Source: an uncultured Aureispira sp.
GTDB lineage: Bacteria > Bacteroidota > Bacteroidia > Chitinophagales > Saprospiraceae
NCBI GenBank assembly: GCA_964501555.1
Contig: CAZCTQ010000010.1
Coordinates: 30,799 to 94,798, forward strand
DNA length: 64,000 nucleotides
Direction of reading: 5' to 3'
This document shows positions 43,275-52,671 of the stretch, in pieces; position 1 is the first letter of the stretch, and each line of letters starts with the position of its first letter. The position numbers and the translations under genes were made by a program. Below the pieces are notes generated by a model that saw only the letters and a list, made by a program, of their open reading frames with translations, did not search any database and was not told the DNA's origin.

Positions 43275-45803
43275 TCAAAACTCGTCATCAAATACTTCTC
43301 TTTTTGCTTTCTGCTTAGATGACACGTTCATTTCAGCAGTTTTTCGTTCTGTTTTAAATTGAGTACAATCTATTAATTCGTCATATCCTGCAGGAGGTTT
43401 AGGGAAGTTTTCATTGTAGCTATAGCCTGATTTTAAATCGTTTTCGAGTTTTTGTAAAAATAATGTGGTTATAGGTTTTGCCATTACTGAACCCTGACCA
43501 TCATTGATATTGCGAAAGCGAATCCACTTGTCATCGCCACCTACCCAAACTCCTACGACTAATGCAGGAGTGATGCCCATAAACCAACCATCAGCAAAAT
43601 CATTAGTAGTACCTGTTTTGCCACCAATTTTGGATTTAACGCGCATACCGGAGCTTCCTGACACATTGTTTTGTAGCATAGACACCATAACGGCGTTATA
43701 TAGTGGATTAATGGCGGCTTTTCGGGTCGGAATACCGTGATAGATGACCTTTCCGTTTTTGTCTTCTATTTTTGAAATAAAGATGGGTTGCGTAAAAGAA
43801 CCGTTATTTGCAAAAGCGGTATAAGCGCCAGTCATCTCTAAAGGAGTAAGATCTACCGCACCCAAACAAATAGAGGGTACTTTTGGGACTGCTAATTGAC
43901 CATTTTCTAGTCTCAAATTTTTATCTATACCTAGATTATTTAAAAGATTGCGTATAGGCTCTACAGTCCCCAATTCTTTGATGAGTCGTACAGAGATGGA
44001 GTTTTTGGAATACATAAGGGCGCGGTAAAGGTTGTATTTTTGGCCGCTAAATTTTTCTTCAGCATTGGCAGGTGACCACTCTTTGTCAAGCCCAAAACCC
44101 GAATCAGCCGGTGATATCGTATATTGAATATCTTCAAATTCCTGACATGGCGAAATATTGCCAATGGCCATTGCTTGTGTATATACAAATGGTTTGATCG
44201 TAGAGCCTACAGACCTCCGCATCGTAATATGGTCGTATTTAAAATACTTGTGATTAATGCCTCCAACCCATGCCTTGACATAGCCTGTGTTGGGTTCTAC
44301 TACAAGCATACCGGACTGTAAAAACATTTTATGATATCTGACCGAATCATATGGTGACATTTCAACTTCCTTTTCACCAGTAGCGTAGTCAAACACCTTC
44401 ATTTTTCCTGGTTTGAAAAACTCTTCTTTATAGGCAGTCTGGAGTTTTTTATATTGCGATATAACGGTAGTCCATAGATCTTCATTTACAAGCCTATGGT
44501 AGTCATCTTGCCTGGATATGTCAATTTTTTTAGCTTCAGTTGCTTGATGCCAAGTTTTGAGATTTTGTTGGATTGAGTCGATGGTTTTGATGACATTATC
44601 GGAAAGTGGTAAACCTGGATATTTATTATCAATCGATGTTAATACGGATCCGAGTATTTTATTTCTTAAAGCAAGATAGCGATCCGAGCTTTTGCACTGA
44701 CTTTCAAGTATGGAAGCCCTTAGTTTTTTTTGAAATTCATCCGTTTCAAATGTCCACGGGTCCATGTTTTTCCAGACTGCATTAAATCTATCCTGGTTTT
44801 TTCTCATATATTCATCCACAGCTTGTTCTGCATACTTCTGGTATGTCAGATCAATCGTTGTATATATTTTCAATCCATCCGTATAAATATTATACTCAGA
44901 ACCATCAGGTTTTCGGATATTTTCAGAGGCGAGAAGGTTGCGGAGATATTTAGTAAGCTCAGCTCTAAAATATGGTGCAGGGCCATCACTTTGTGTTTTG
45001 CGTAAAAAACCTGTCATATCTAAAGGTTCCTGGGTGTATTTAGCCAAGGCGGTCTTGTCAAAGATATTATTGTCACGCATTAACTCGAGTACCACATTTC
45101 TGCGGATTAGGCATCTATCTGGAAACCGCTTAGGATTATACATACTCGGATTTTTTAGCATACCTATTAATGTAGCAGCTTCCGGAATGGTAAGGTCTTT
45201 TTGTGCTTTATTAAAATAGATATTAGCGGCTGATTCTATGCCGTGAGCACCATTTATAAATTCAAATTTATTGAGATACATAGCGAGTATCTCTTCTTTT
45301 GTATATGCTCGCTCAAGTTTAACAGCGGTAATCCATTCTTTTAGTTTGGATTTGACCAGCACAATGGCTCTTTTAGGCAGTGACATTCTTGCTGTCTTTG
45401 GTCTCTCATATAGCAACTTTGCTAATTGCTGTGAAATAGTACTGCCACCACCGGAGTTTTTTTGCATAAAGGCTAGTGTCTTAAACCCAACCCTAGACAA
45501 GGCTCTCCAATCAATGCCACTATGTTTATAAAATCTGACATCTTCAGTAGATATTAAAGCATTTACTACATTAGGTGATAGGTCATCATAGGTTAAAGCT
45601 ACCCGTTCTTCAATATAATATCGTCCAAAAGCTTGGCCATTAGCATCGTAAATGACAGAAGCCAGATCGTATTTGGGGTTTTCGAGTTCTTCAAATGAAG
45701 GAATCTGACCAGCAGTAAAAAAAAATATTACAGCAGCAAAAAAAACGAGAATTATAAGTGCTCCGAGTGTGATAAATTTATTAAAGTGCTGTATCGTCTG
45801 CAT
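43275..45803 (-). CDS. Class A penicillin-binding protein (PBP1A-type transglycosylase/transpeptidase)
   Basis: 842 aa with GT51 motifs EDVRFYKHSGID and GGSTISQQLAK, and transpeptidase motifs STIKP (SxxK), SKN and KTGT. Confidence 0.92.
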   Translation of the reverse strand: MQTIQHFNKFITLGALIILVFFAAVIFFFTAGQIPSFEELENPKYDLASVIYDANGQAFGRYYIEERVALTYDDLSPNVVNALISTEDVRFYKHSGIDWRALSRVGFKTLAFMQKNSGGGSTISQQLAKLLYERPKTARMSLPKRAIVLVKSKLKEWITAVKLERAYTKEEILAMYLNKFEFINGAHGIESAANIYFNKAQKDLTIPEAATLIGMLKNPSMYNPKRFPDRCLIRRNVVLELMRDNNIFDKTALAKYTQEPLDMTGFLRKTQSDGPAPYFRAELTKYLRNLLASENIRKPDGSEYNIYTDGLKIYTTIDLTYQKYAEQAVDEYMRKNQDRFNAVWKNMDPWTFETDEFQKKLRASILESQCKSSDRYLALRNKILGSVLTSIDNKYPGLPLSDNVIKTIDSIQQNLKTWHQATEAKKIDISRQDDYHRLVNEDLWTTVISQYKKLQTAYKEEFFKPGKMKVFDYATGEKEVEMSPYDSVRYHKMFLQSGMLVVEPNTGYVKAWVGGINHKYFKYDHITMRRSVGSTIKPFVYTQAMAIGNISPCQEFEDIQYTISPADSGFGLDKEWSPANAEEKFSGQKYNLYRALMYSKNSISVRLIKELGTVEPIRNLLNNLGIDKNLRLENGQLAVPKVPSICLGAVDLTPLEMTGAYTAFANNGSFTQPIFISKIEDKNGKVIYHGIPTRKAAINPLYNAVMVSMLQNNVSGSSGMRVKSKIGGKTGTTNDFADGWFMGITPALVVGVWVGGDDKWIRFRNINDGQGSVMAKPITTLFLQKLENDLKSGYSYNENFPKPPAGYDELIDCTQFKTERKTAEMNVSSKQKAKREVFDDEF

Positions 45804-45847
45804 CCTGTTTTACTTAAATTGAGTATGGTGGTTGATTGTCAGTTGAC

Positions 45848-46882
45848 TTACAATTGACTGTGATTTAAGCTTTGATATCTTCCTTTGCTAAATTTACTGC
45901 CGTTAAATGTAAGGCATTGCTTTACTTCTTTTTTTTCTTGCTCCGAAAGATTGTTGAAATCGTGACATTTTTGAGAACAGCAGTTATTGTACTTTTGAGC
46001 ACATTCATCACACTGAATAAACAATAAATGGCAGGCGTCGTTAGCACAGTTTTTATGGTTATCGCAAAGCTTTCCGCACTGATGACAATGGCTAATAATG
46101 TCATTAGAGATAGATTCGCCTAACCGTTCATCAAAAACAAAGTTTTTACCAATAAACTTATTTTCTATCCCCAATTCGCTTGATCTTCGAGCATATTCGA
46201 TGATCCCACCTTCTAACTGATATACATTTTTAAAGCCTTTGTGTTTATAGTAGGCAGATGCTTTTTCGCACCGAATCCCACCAGTACAATACATGACGAT
46301 GTTTTGTTCTTTCTTGTCATGCAACATTTCCTCCACGAGTGGTAACGCCTCTCTAAAAGTGGTAACGTCTGGTAAAATAGCATTTTTAAAATGGCCTACT
46401 TCACTCTCGTAATGATTGCGCATATCTATAATAATAGTCCCTGGCTGATCGGCCAGCTTGTTAAAATCTTCTGCTTTGAGATGGATCCCTTTATTGGTTA
46501 CATCAAAGGTACTGTCATTTAAACCATCAGCGACGATCTTATGTCTCTGCTTAATCGCAAGTTTGAAAAATGATTTTCCATCGTCTTCTATTGCCTTATT
46601 TAAGCGCACCTCTTCCAAAAATGTAATCGTATTTAGCGCGTCTCTAAATGCATCCAAATTATGATCAGGTACAGAAATCTGAGCATTGATACCTTCATTG
46701 GCAACATAAATCCTGCCTAATACATCCAATCCAGATAGAAGGATATAGAGATGATCTCTAAAAATTTTTACATTTTTAAGATGATAGTATTGGTAGAAGG
46801 AAAGAGTAGTCCTTGAGGTTGAGTCGTTATACATCTGCTGTTTTAGTACACGACCATCGACTTTGTTATGTAAAGTTTTCAT
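45848..46882 (-). CDS. trhO: Rhodanese-domain protein of the UPF0176/TrhO family (tRNA U34 hydroxylase type)
   Basis: 344 aa with the rhodanese active-site loop YCTGGIRCEKA and a Cys-rich C-terminal extension. Confidence 0.8.
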   Translation of the reverse strand: MKTLHNKVDGRVLKQQMYNDSTSRTTLSFYQYYHLKNVKIFRDHLYILLSGLDVLGRIYVANEGINAQISVPDHNLDAFRDALNTITFLEEVRLNKAIEDDGKSFFKLAIKQRHKIVADGLNDSTFDVTNKGIHLKAEDFNKLADQPGTIIIDMRNHYESEVGHFKNAILPDVTTFREALPLVEEMLHDKKEQNIVMYCTGGIRCEKASAYYKHKGFKNVYQLEGGIIEYARRSSELGIENKFIGKNFVFDERLGESISNDIISHCHQCGKLCDNHKNCANDACHLLFIQCDECAQKYNNCCSQKCHDFNNLSEQEKKEVKQCLTFNGSKFSKGRYQSLNHSQL

Positions 46883-47019
46883 GATTGATTATTAACAAGT
46901 TTTGCAGGAAACAATTATTCAATATTGAAATAATAATACAAAATTACGCTCTAATTTACGATAAATATTAAAAGGTGTTTATTTTCTGGATTCATCTTGT
47001 TTGTTTGATTTTGATATTT

Positions 47020-49647
47020 TTACAGACTTGCTAAACGGTTTAATTCGTCTTCAAGGATTTTTACACGTTCTAAGCCATCGGCCAGTTTTGCTTTTTCTTT
47101 TTCGACAACTGCTGCTGGTGCTCCGGATACAAATCGCTCGTTATTGAGTTTGGCTTCGACTGATTTTACAAACCCTTTCTGGTATTCAAGCTCTTTGGTT
47201 TTTTCTTCAATAACCTTTTCTGTATCTAATTCGTTTTCGATTAGGACGATACACTTTTCAGTGCCTGAAATAAAGGCAGCACCAGATATCTTTTCGTCAG
47301 TAGTTAGAGATATTGAGTTTAGATTAGCTAATTTGATACAAATCTCTGCCCAACCTTCATACGATGTCAATGATTCTGAACGATCGGATTTGATCAGTAC
47401 AACATCTAAGGTTTCAGCATTTTTAATGCCGTTTTTATTTCGGATATCACGAATGTTACTGATAATGTCTTTTGCCTGTTCGACACGGTCGAGTAGAGTG
47501 GAATTATAAGCTGCCGGTTGTGGGTACTGACTGATCATACAGTCTTCACCTTCACTGCGGGATTTTAATAAGTGCCATACTTCCTCGGTAATAAATGGCA
47601 TGATTGGGTGGAGTAAAGAAGCTAATTTACTAAAGATATCAATGGTGTTTTCTTTAGTCTGAATATCTATTTTTTGCCCAAATGGCGGTTTTACCATCTC
47701 AAGGTACCAAGAACAAAAGTCATTCCAAACGAAACTATAAATACTCATCACTGCTTCAGAGATGCGGTATTCCTCAAAATTCTTTTGGATGTCGCCCGCT
47801 AAAGCGTTTAATTTATGATTTAGCCAATTGTATGCTAATTGATTTCCTGCATTAGCTGTACCGGTATTATCTACTTCCCAACCATCAACGAGGCGAAGCG
47901 CATTCCATATTTTATTACTAAAATTACGTCCTTGTTCTACTAATTTTTCATCAAATAAGAGATCCCCACCTGCTGGTGAACAAGACATGAGGCCAAAACG
48001 GACACCGTCAGCACCAAACTCTTCTATGAGCTTTAAGGCATCTGGACTATTGCCGAGCGATTTGGACATCTTACGACGTAGTTTGTCGCGAACCATGCCG
48101 GTAAAGTAAACGTGATTAAACGGTCGCTTGCCTTCCCATTCGTATCCAGCCATGACCATACGAGCTACCCACAAAAAGATAATATCCCAGCCTGTAACTA
48201 GTACGGAAGTAGGGTAGTAATAGTCGAGTTCGCGGCGGTCATTAAATCCATCAAAAACGGAAATGGGCCAAAGCCATGATGAAAACCAGGTATCGAGTAC
48301 GTCTTCATCTTGTTTTAAATCAGCCATAGATATATCAGGATATTGCGCTTTAGCAAGTGTCAGCGCTTCTTCTGGGGTCTCTGCTACAAAAGTCTCACCA
48401 TTATAATAATATGCAGGGATGCGATGTCCCCACCATAATTGCCTTGAAATACACCAGTCTTTGATGTTTTCCATCCAGTGTCGGTAGGTGTTTTTTTGAT
48501 TTTTTGGAAAAAATTCTACTTCATCCTTTAACACTGCTTCTAGTGCAGGACCTGCTAAAGACTTCATGTCCACGTACCATTGTAGTGAAAGTCTCGGTTC
48601 AATGACACAATTAGTACGTTCTGATCGTCCTACAGTGTTTTGATAATCTTCTATTTTGACGATATGATCAGCTGCTTCAAGATCTTTAGCAAATTTTTTA
48701 CGGACGATGAAACGATCTTCATTGATATAAACAGTTGCGTCGGCGCTCATAGTACCATCTTCATTAAATACGTCGATGATATCTAATTTGTGTCTTTGTC
48801 CTATCTCATAGTCATTGACATCATGTGCCGGTGTGACCTTTAGTGCTCCTGTCCCAAATTCTATATCGACGTAGTCGTCCATGATTATCGGAATCGCTCT
48901 TCCAATAATGGGTACGATTACTTTTTTACCGGATAGATGGGTATATCGTGGATCATCCGGGTGTACAGCAACAGCCGTATCACCAGGGATAGTTTCTGGG
49001 CGTGTAGTCGCTATGGTAAGGTATTCATCAGAGTCCGCTATTTGATATTTTACATGATATAGTTTTGATTGTTCTATCGAATAGAGTACTTCTTCATTGG
49101 AAAGTACGGTTTTCGCTTCCGGATCCCAATTGATCATGCGTTTGCCACGGTAGAGTTTGTTTTTCTTGTAAAGATCAACAAAGACTTTGATGACAGCGGA
49201 TGATCTTTCTTTATCCATGGTAAAAGCTGTCCTGTCCCAGTCACATGAAGCACCGAGTTTTTTTAATTGATCGAGGATGATGCCACCATATTTTTCTTTC
49301 CATTCCCAAGCATATTCCAGAAATTTTTCACGCGTAAGATCACCTTTTTTAATACCTTTTTCACGAAGCATATTCACTACCTTGGCCTCTGTAGCTATGG
49401 ATGCGTGATCCGTACCAGGCACCCAACAAGCATTTTTTCCTTCCATCCTTGCTTTGCGGATGAGGATATCTTGTATCGTGTTATTGAGCATATGACCCAT
49501 ATGCAAGACACCAGTAACATTGGGCGGCGGGATGACTATACTAAAGGCTTCTCTTTCGTCTGGCTCAGAATGAAAATATTTTTTGTCTGACCAATGTTTG
49601 TACCACTTGTTTTCTACTTCTGCCGGATTATATCTGGATGATATCAT
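47020..49647 (-). CDS. valS: Valine--tRNA ligase
   Basis: 875 aa with HIGH-type motif (LHMGHMLN), KMSKS, and a C-terminal coiled coil. Confidence 0.97.
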   Translation of the reverse strand: MISSRYNPAEVENKWYKHWSDKKYFHSEPDEREAFSIVIPPPNVTGVLHMGHMLNNTIQDILIRKARMEGKNACWVPGTDHASIATEAKVVNMLREKGIKKGDLTREKFLEYAWEWKEKYGGIILDQLKKLGASCDWDRTAFTMDKERSSAVIKVFVDLYKKNKLYRGKRMINWDPEAKTVLSNEEVLYSIEQSKLYHVKYQIADSDEYLTIATTRPETIPGDTAVAVHPDDPRYTHLSGKKVIVPIIGRAIPIIMDDYVDIEFGTGALKVTPAHDVNDYEIGQRHKLDIIDVFNEDGTMSADATVYINEDRFIVRKKFAKDLEAADHIVKIEDYQNTVGRSERTNCVIEPRLSLQWYVDMKSLAGPALEAVLKDEVEFFPKNQKNTYRHWMENIKDWCISRQLWWGHRIPAYYYNGETFVAETPEEALTLAKAQYPDISMADLKQDEDVLDTWFSSWLWPISVFDGFNDRRELDYYYPTSVLVTGWDIIFLWVARMVMAGYEWEGKRPFNHVYFTGMVRDKLRRKMSKSLGNSPDALKLIEEFGADGVRFGLMSCSPAGGDLLFDEKLVEQGRNFSNKIWNALRLVDGWEVDNTGTANAGNQLAYNWLNHKLNALAGDIQKNFEEYRISEAVMSIYSFVWNDFCSWYLEMVKPPFGQKIDIQTKENTIDIFSKLASLLHPIMPFITEEVWHLLKSRSEGEDCMISQYPQPAAYNSTLLDRVEQAKDIISNIRDIRNKNGIKNAETLDVVLIKSDRSESLTSYEGWAEICIKLANLNSISLTTDEKISGAAFISGTEKCIVLIENELDTEKVIEEKTKELEYQKGFVKSVEAKLNNERFVSGAPAAVVEKEKAKLADGLERVKILEDELNRLASL

Positions 49648-49691
49648 ATTTTATTGTCTAAAGTTCTTAATTTTAATAATGTCGGTTATAA

Positions 49692-50339
49692 TTAATATCT
49701 GAGTTTGTACACTTCTGTTGTGCCTGATTTATGCAAAACGACAATGACAAAATTGCCATAATCTTCGTCATCAAAGGTATTAGTGAAAACGTCTCTTCCT
49801 ACGAGTGTATTGGCTATCGACGGGATTGTATTTTGATGTCCTACCATAAGGATACGATTGATATTGTCATCGTGTTTTACATCATTAATGACCGTTTTGA
49901 GTGATTTGTTATCATAAGGAAGGAGTTTCATAGATTTAATATCAGCTATCGAGTCTGCTGTAAACATAGCTCTAAGGGTCATTGTAGTGTAAATAGCATC
50001 CACTCTGGTGCCTTTAAGTATATCTGCAACTTTTGCCGCTCTATCTAATCCTTCTTTAGTTAAAGGTGGATTGTCTTTGATGGTTGTATCTTTTTCAGCA
50101 TGCCGGATTAAATAAAATATCTTCGAGAGGCTGTCGCCATTGATGACTATTGATTGATTGTCTTTTAATAATATCGTATCAGATTGAATTGCTACAATTT
50201 CTTTACCGTTATAATCTTTACTCATGGGTGGCTGGTTTTTACATGAAATCATGCCTATGGCAAAAGACATGAATAAGTAATAAAATTTGAATTTAATTAT
50301 GGATGACATCTTGAAAATCTTGTATGTTGTTCTTGTCAT
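49692..50339 (-). CDS. Histidine phosphatase (SixA/phosphoglycerate-mutase superfamily) lipoprotein
   Basis: 215 aa with the RHAEK catalytic motif (YLIRHAEKD), a later GHQNT, and a lipobox-like GMISC. The true start may be the internal Met (MSSIIKF). Confidence 0.7.
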   Translation of the reverse strand: MTRTTYKIFKMSSIIKFKFYYLFMSFAIGMISCKNQPPMSKDYNGKEIVAIQSDTILLKDNQSIVINGDSLSKIFYLIRHAEKDTTIKDNPPLTKEGLDRAAKVADILKGTRVDAIYTTMTLRAMFTADSIADIKSMKLLPYDNKSLKTVINDVKHDDNINRILMVGHQNTIPSIANTLVGRDVFTNTFDDEDYGNFVIVVLHKSGTTEVYKLRY

Positions 50340-50506
50340 TCCTCACTAACTACTTGCTTTATGTACGCATTGTACTTAACAGTACTTTGGTAGGATTTAT
50401 GACAAAATATTTTTATAAAAATAATTATTTGGGATGCAAAGATACAAAAAAAGCTTCATTTTATTGATAAAATGACTGTTGAAATCAAAATCAATAGCAT
50501 TTAAAT

Positions 50507-50741
50507 ATGAAAAGTAGAAAAAATTATTCAGATAGAATCGTGAAAACTTTTGGTAGCTACGCTTTTAAACCTTTTCATATATGAAAATACATACTATTGT
50601 AATGGGTTTTTCATTTGAATAGCTAATCAATTAATGCTTGAAACCATGAAAATAATCTAAATTTTTGTCAGGACAAATCCTTTTGCATAAATAACGTGCG
50701 TTCGATATAAGAAAAAGGTTATGAGTACAAAGTGTTTTCAT
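50507..50741. repeat. Cluster of ATGAAAA/TTTTCAT heptamers, including a 16-nt perfect palindrome
   Basis: Exact copies: ATGAAAA at 50507, 50581 and 50646; TTTTCAT at 50572, 50608 and 50735. There is a near copy GTGAAAA at 50540. TTTTCATATATGAAAA (50572-50587) is a perfect palindrome. Confidence 0.6.
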
Positions 50742-51030
50742 TTCTGTGATATGGTGAATGTGTGGTTAACCCATTTGTAACTGAGTTTTCTCCTTTCAGT
50801 ATTAATTGCACTAAAATTTATGAAGATGATTAAACCAATATTTTATTCATCAGAATTTAAGTTTGAGTTAAATTTAAGAAAATCAATTGCTTGCGTATAA
50901 ATTAATTGTAGTTATGTTTGGATAATAAAATTTTATAATAAATAATTTATATATTATGAATATTTATAATATGAAATGTTTTATGTTTGCACCGTCTTTT
51001 GACAAATTAATGAGTATTTTTTATTTTGAG

Positions 51031-51187
51031 ATCCTGGTGCGGAGTACAGTGAGTCAAAAACCGAGTTAAAAATATCCCTATAGAGGTCATCCCGATAACC
51101 GAAGATTGTGTATGTCCAGGATTTTTTTAAATTTGAAGCTGGTAAAATCTAGCAAGTTATAATAGCTGACAGTACTCCGCTTTTTTC
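51031..51187 (+). ncRNA. Candidate structured RNA (sRNA or 5' leader), class unknown
   Basis: This is a GC-richer island in a very AT-rich spacer. GCGGAGTAC (51039-51047) pairs with GTACTCCGC (51172-51180). The helix extends by 5 more pairs (one of them G-U), interrupted by two 1x1 mismatches, to 51054/51165, and T6 follows directly. A second long-range pairing, ATCCTGG (51031-51037) with CCAGGAT (51116-51122), is followed by T7. A near-consensus -7 box, TTATTTTG, ends at 51028. Confidence 0.3.
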
Positions 51188-51384
51188 TTTAAATTCAATA
51201 TATACTTTAAAGACTGTATTTTAAGTCTTGAAAAATTACTACACAAGGGAAAAGCTTCAACTTCAAAAGATCATTTTTATTCTTTCTACCACGAGTTTTT
51301 GGATTGAGTTAGGATTATTCTATGACATCTTTTTTCCTTTGGATGTTTTGTTGTACCTTCGCATTTAAAATCAAAAATAGTTTT

Positions 51385-52653
51385 ATGCTCAATGTAAATT
51401 CAGAAGTAGGCGCATTAAAAAAAGTAATCATACATAGACCTGATGAAGGTATAGCGAGGATATCGCCTAAAAAGGCAGCTGAATTATTGTTTGACGATAT
51501 CGTACATCTTCCGCAGATGAAGGAAGAGCACGATATATTTAGAAGAGTTTTACAGCATTTAATAGGCAAGGAAAATGTATTGGATACAGAAAGGTTGATA
51601 GAAGAAGGTCTCGAGGCCAGCCTAGATGTAAAGGAAGAATTGATAGATAAGATAGTAGATTATGAAGAATTGCCTCCTTCGGATAAGGAATTTTTGATGT
51701 CCTTAGATGCAAAATCATTGACCAAGCTTTTGATTACCGGCTACTATCAAGATGAAGATCATATATATTTTGATCCGATTCCTAATTTTATTTTTACAAG
51801 AGATATTGCAGTCGTTATCAAAGGGCATATTGTCATAACGAAAGCAGCAAAAATAGCTCGTTACAGAGAGAATCTTTTAACACGGTTTATATTTTATGCG
51901 CATCCGTTTTTTAAACATTTAGATGGCCAAGGTCGTATAATCAATCTTAACCATCTTGACAAGTTTCCTCCTTCTAAAAAGGGCGAAGTCGTTTCTCTCG
52001 AAGGCGGTGACGTGATGATGCTCAATGATGACTATATCCTTGTAGGATGCTCAGAAAGGACGACTGACTATGCCATCAAGAGTTTGGCCAATGTATTATT
52101 TGCAAAAAATCTGACAAAAAATGTTGTTCAAATCAATATACCTGATGATAGATCTTGTATGCATATTGATACGCTGTTTACACTGATAGATCATGACGAA
52201 ATGGTCTGTTATAAGCCGACGGTATATGACGGCATCAGTTCAAATGTCGTTGTGCACAGAAAAAATGGTAGCGAGGCAATTTATGATTCAGTCAAAAATT
52301 TCTTTACCCATGAAATTAATAAGAATTTTAAATTTATTTTTGCGGGCGAGGGTATATCACCATATCAGGAAAGAGAACAGTGGACTGATGGTTGTAACTT
52401 GGTAGCAGTACGTCCTGGAGTAGCTATAGCATACGATAGGAATCCTAAGACTGATTTAGCGCTGAAGGATGCTGGATATCACATTATCGAAGCCGAAGAA
52501 TTTATTGAAGATGTCAGAGCGGGTAAATTGGATCCTGACTCTATTAAAAGGACGATTATAAATTTACCATCTAACGAATTGTCAAGGGCGCGAGGTGGCT
52601 CACATTGTATGACATGCCCTATAATTAGAGAGGTCGTTCATGATATAATGTAA
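51385..52653 (+). CDS. arcA: Arginine deiminase
   Basis: The ORF track starts at 51322. I prefer the ATG at 51385 (MLNVNSEVGALKKVIIHRPDEG), the usual ADI N-terminus. The C-terminus EQWTDGCNLVAVRPGVAIAYDRN...ARGGSHCMTCPI contains the catalytic Cys context. Confidence 0.88.
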   Translation: MLNVNSEVGALKKVIIHRPDEGIARISPKKAAELLFDDIVHLPQMKEEHDIFRRVLQHLIGKENVLDTERLIEEGLEASLDVKEELIDKIVDYEELPPSDKEFLMSLDAKSLTKLLITGYYQDEDHIYFDPIPNFIFTRDIAVVIKGHIVITKAAKIARYRENLLTRFIFYAHPFFKHLDGQGRIINLNHLDKFPPSKKGEVVSLEGGDVMMLNDDYILVGCSERTTDYAIKSLANVLFAKNLTKNVVQINIPDDRSCMHIDTLFTLIDHDEMVCYKPTVYDGISSNVVVHRKNGSEAIYDSVKNFFTHEINKNFKFIFAGEGISPYQEREQWTDGCNLVAVRPGVAIAYDRNPKTDLALKDAGYHIIEAEEFIEDVRAGKLDPDSIKRTIINLPSNELSRARGGSHCMTCPIIREVVHDIM

Positions 52654-52671
52654 ACCAGTTAGTTAAAAGTT

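Noticed and set aside
32762-45803. Possible yfhM-pbpC-like functional pairing of the alpha-2-macroglobulin with the penicillin-binding protein at 43275-45803
   Set aside because: The PBP is a full class A PBP1A-type enzyme. It is on the opposite strand, 4.5 kb away, and separated by three unrelated genes and two terminators, so I see no operonic link.
50956-51069. 37-codon small ORF (MNIYNMKCFMFAPSFDKLMSIFYFEILVRSTVSQKPS) running into the 5' part of the structured element; considered as a leader peptide or type I toxin
   Set aside because: I have no supporting signal other than an open frame in AT-rich DNA. It is mentioned only as an alternative to test if the RNA element proves real.
51031-51187. 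Match of the structured element to known RNA families (TPP, cobalamin, SAM and guanidine riboswitches, SRP RNA, RNase P RNA, tmRNA)
   Set aside because: The conserved core sequences I remember for these classes are absent. Examples are the CUGAGA...ACCUGAUCUGGAUAAUGCCAGCG core of TPP, the B12 box, the GGAAGCAGC helix 8 of SRP and the GAGGAAAGUCC of RNase P. I therefore left the class unassigned rather than naming one.
51315-51569. 84-aa minus-strand ORF and the 21-codon N-terminal extension (51322-51384) of the arginine deiminase ORF
   Set aside because: ADI homologues start at the MLNVNSEVG-type sequence. The extension is hydrophobic junk (MTSFFLWMFCCTF), and the antisense ORF overlaps the conserved ADI N-terminus.
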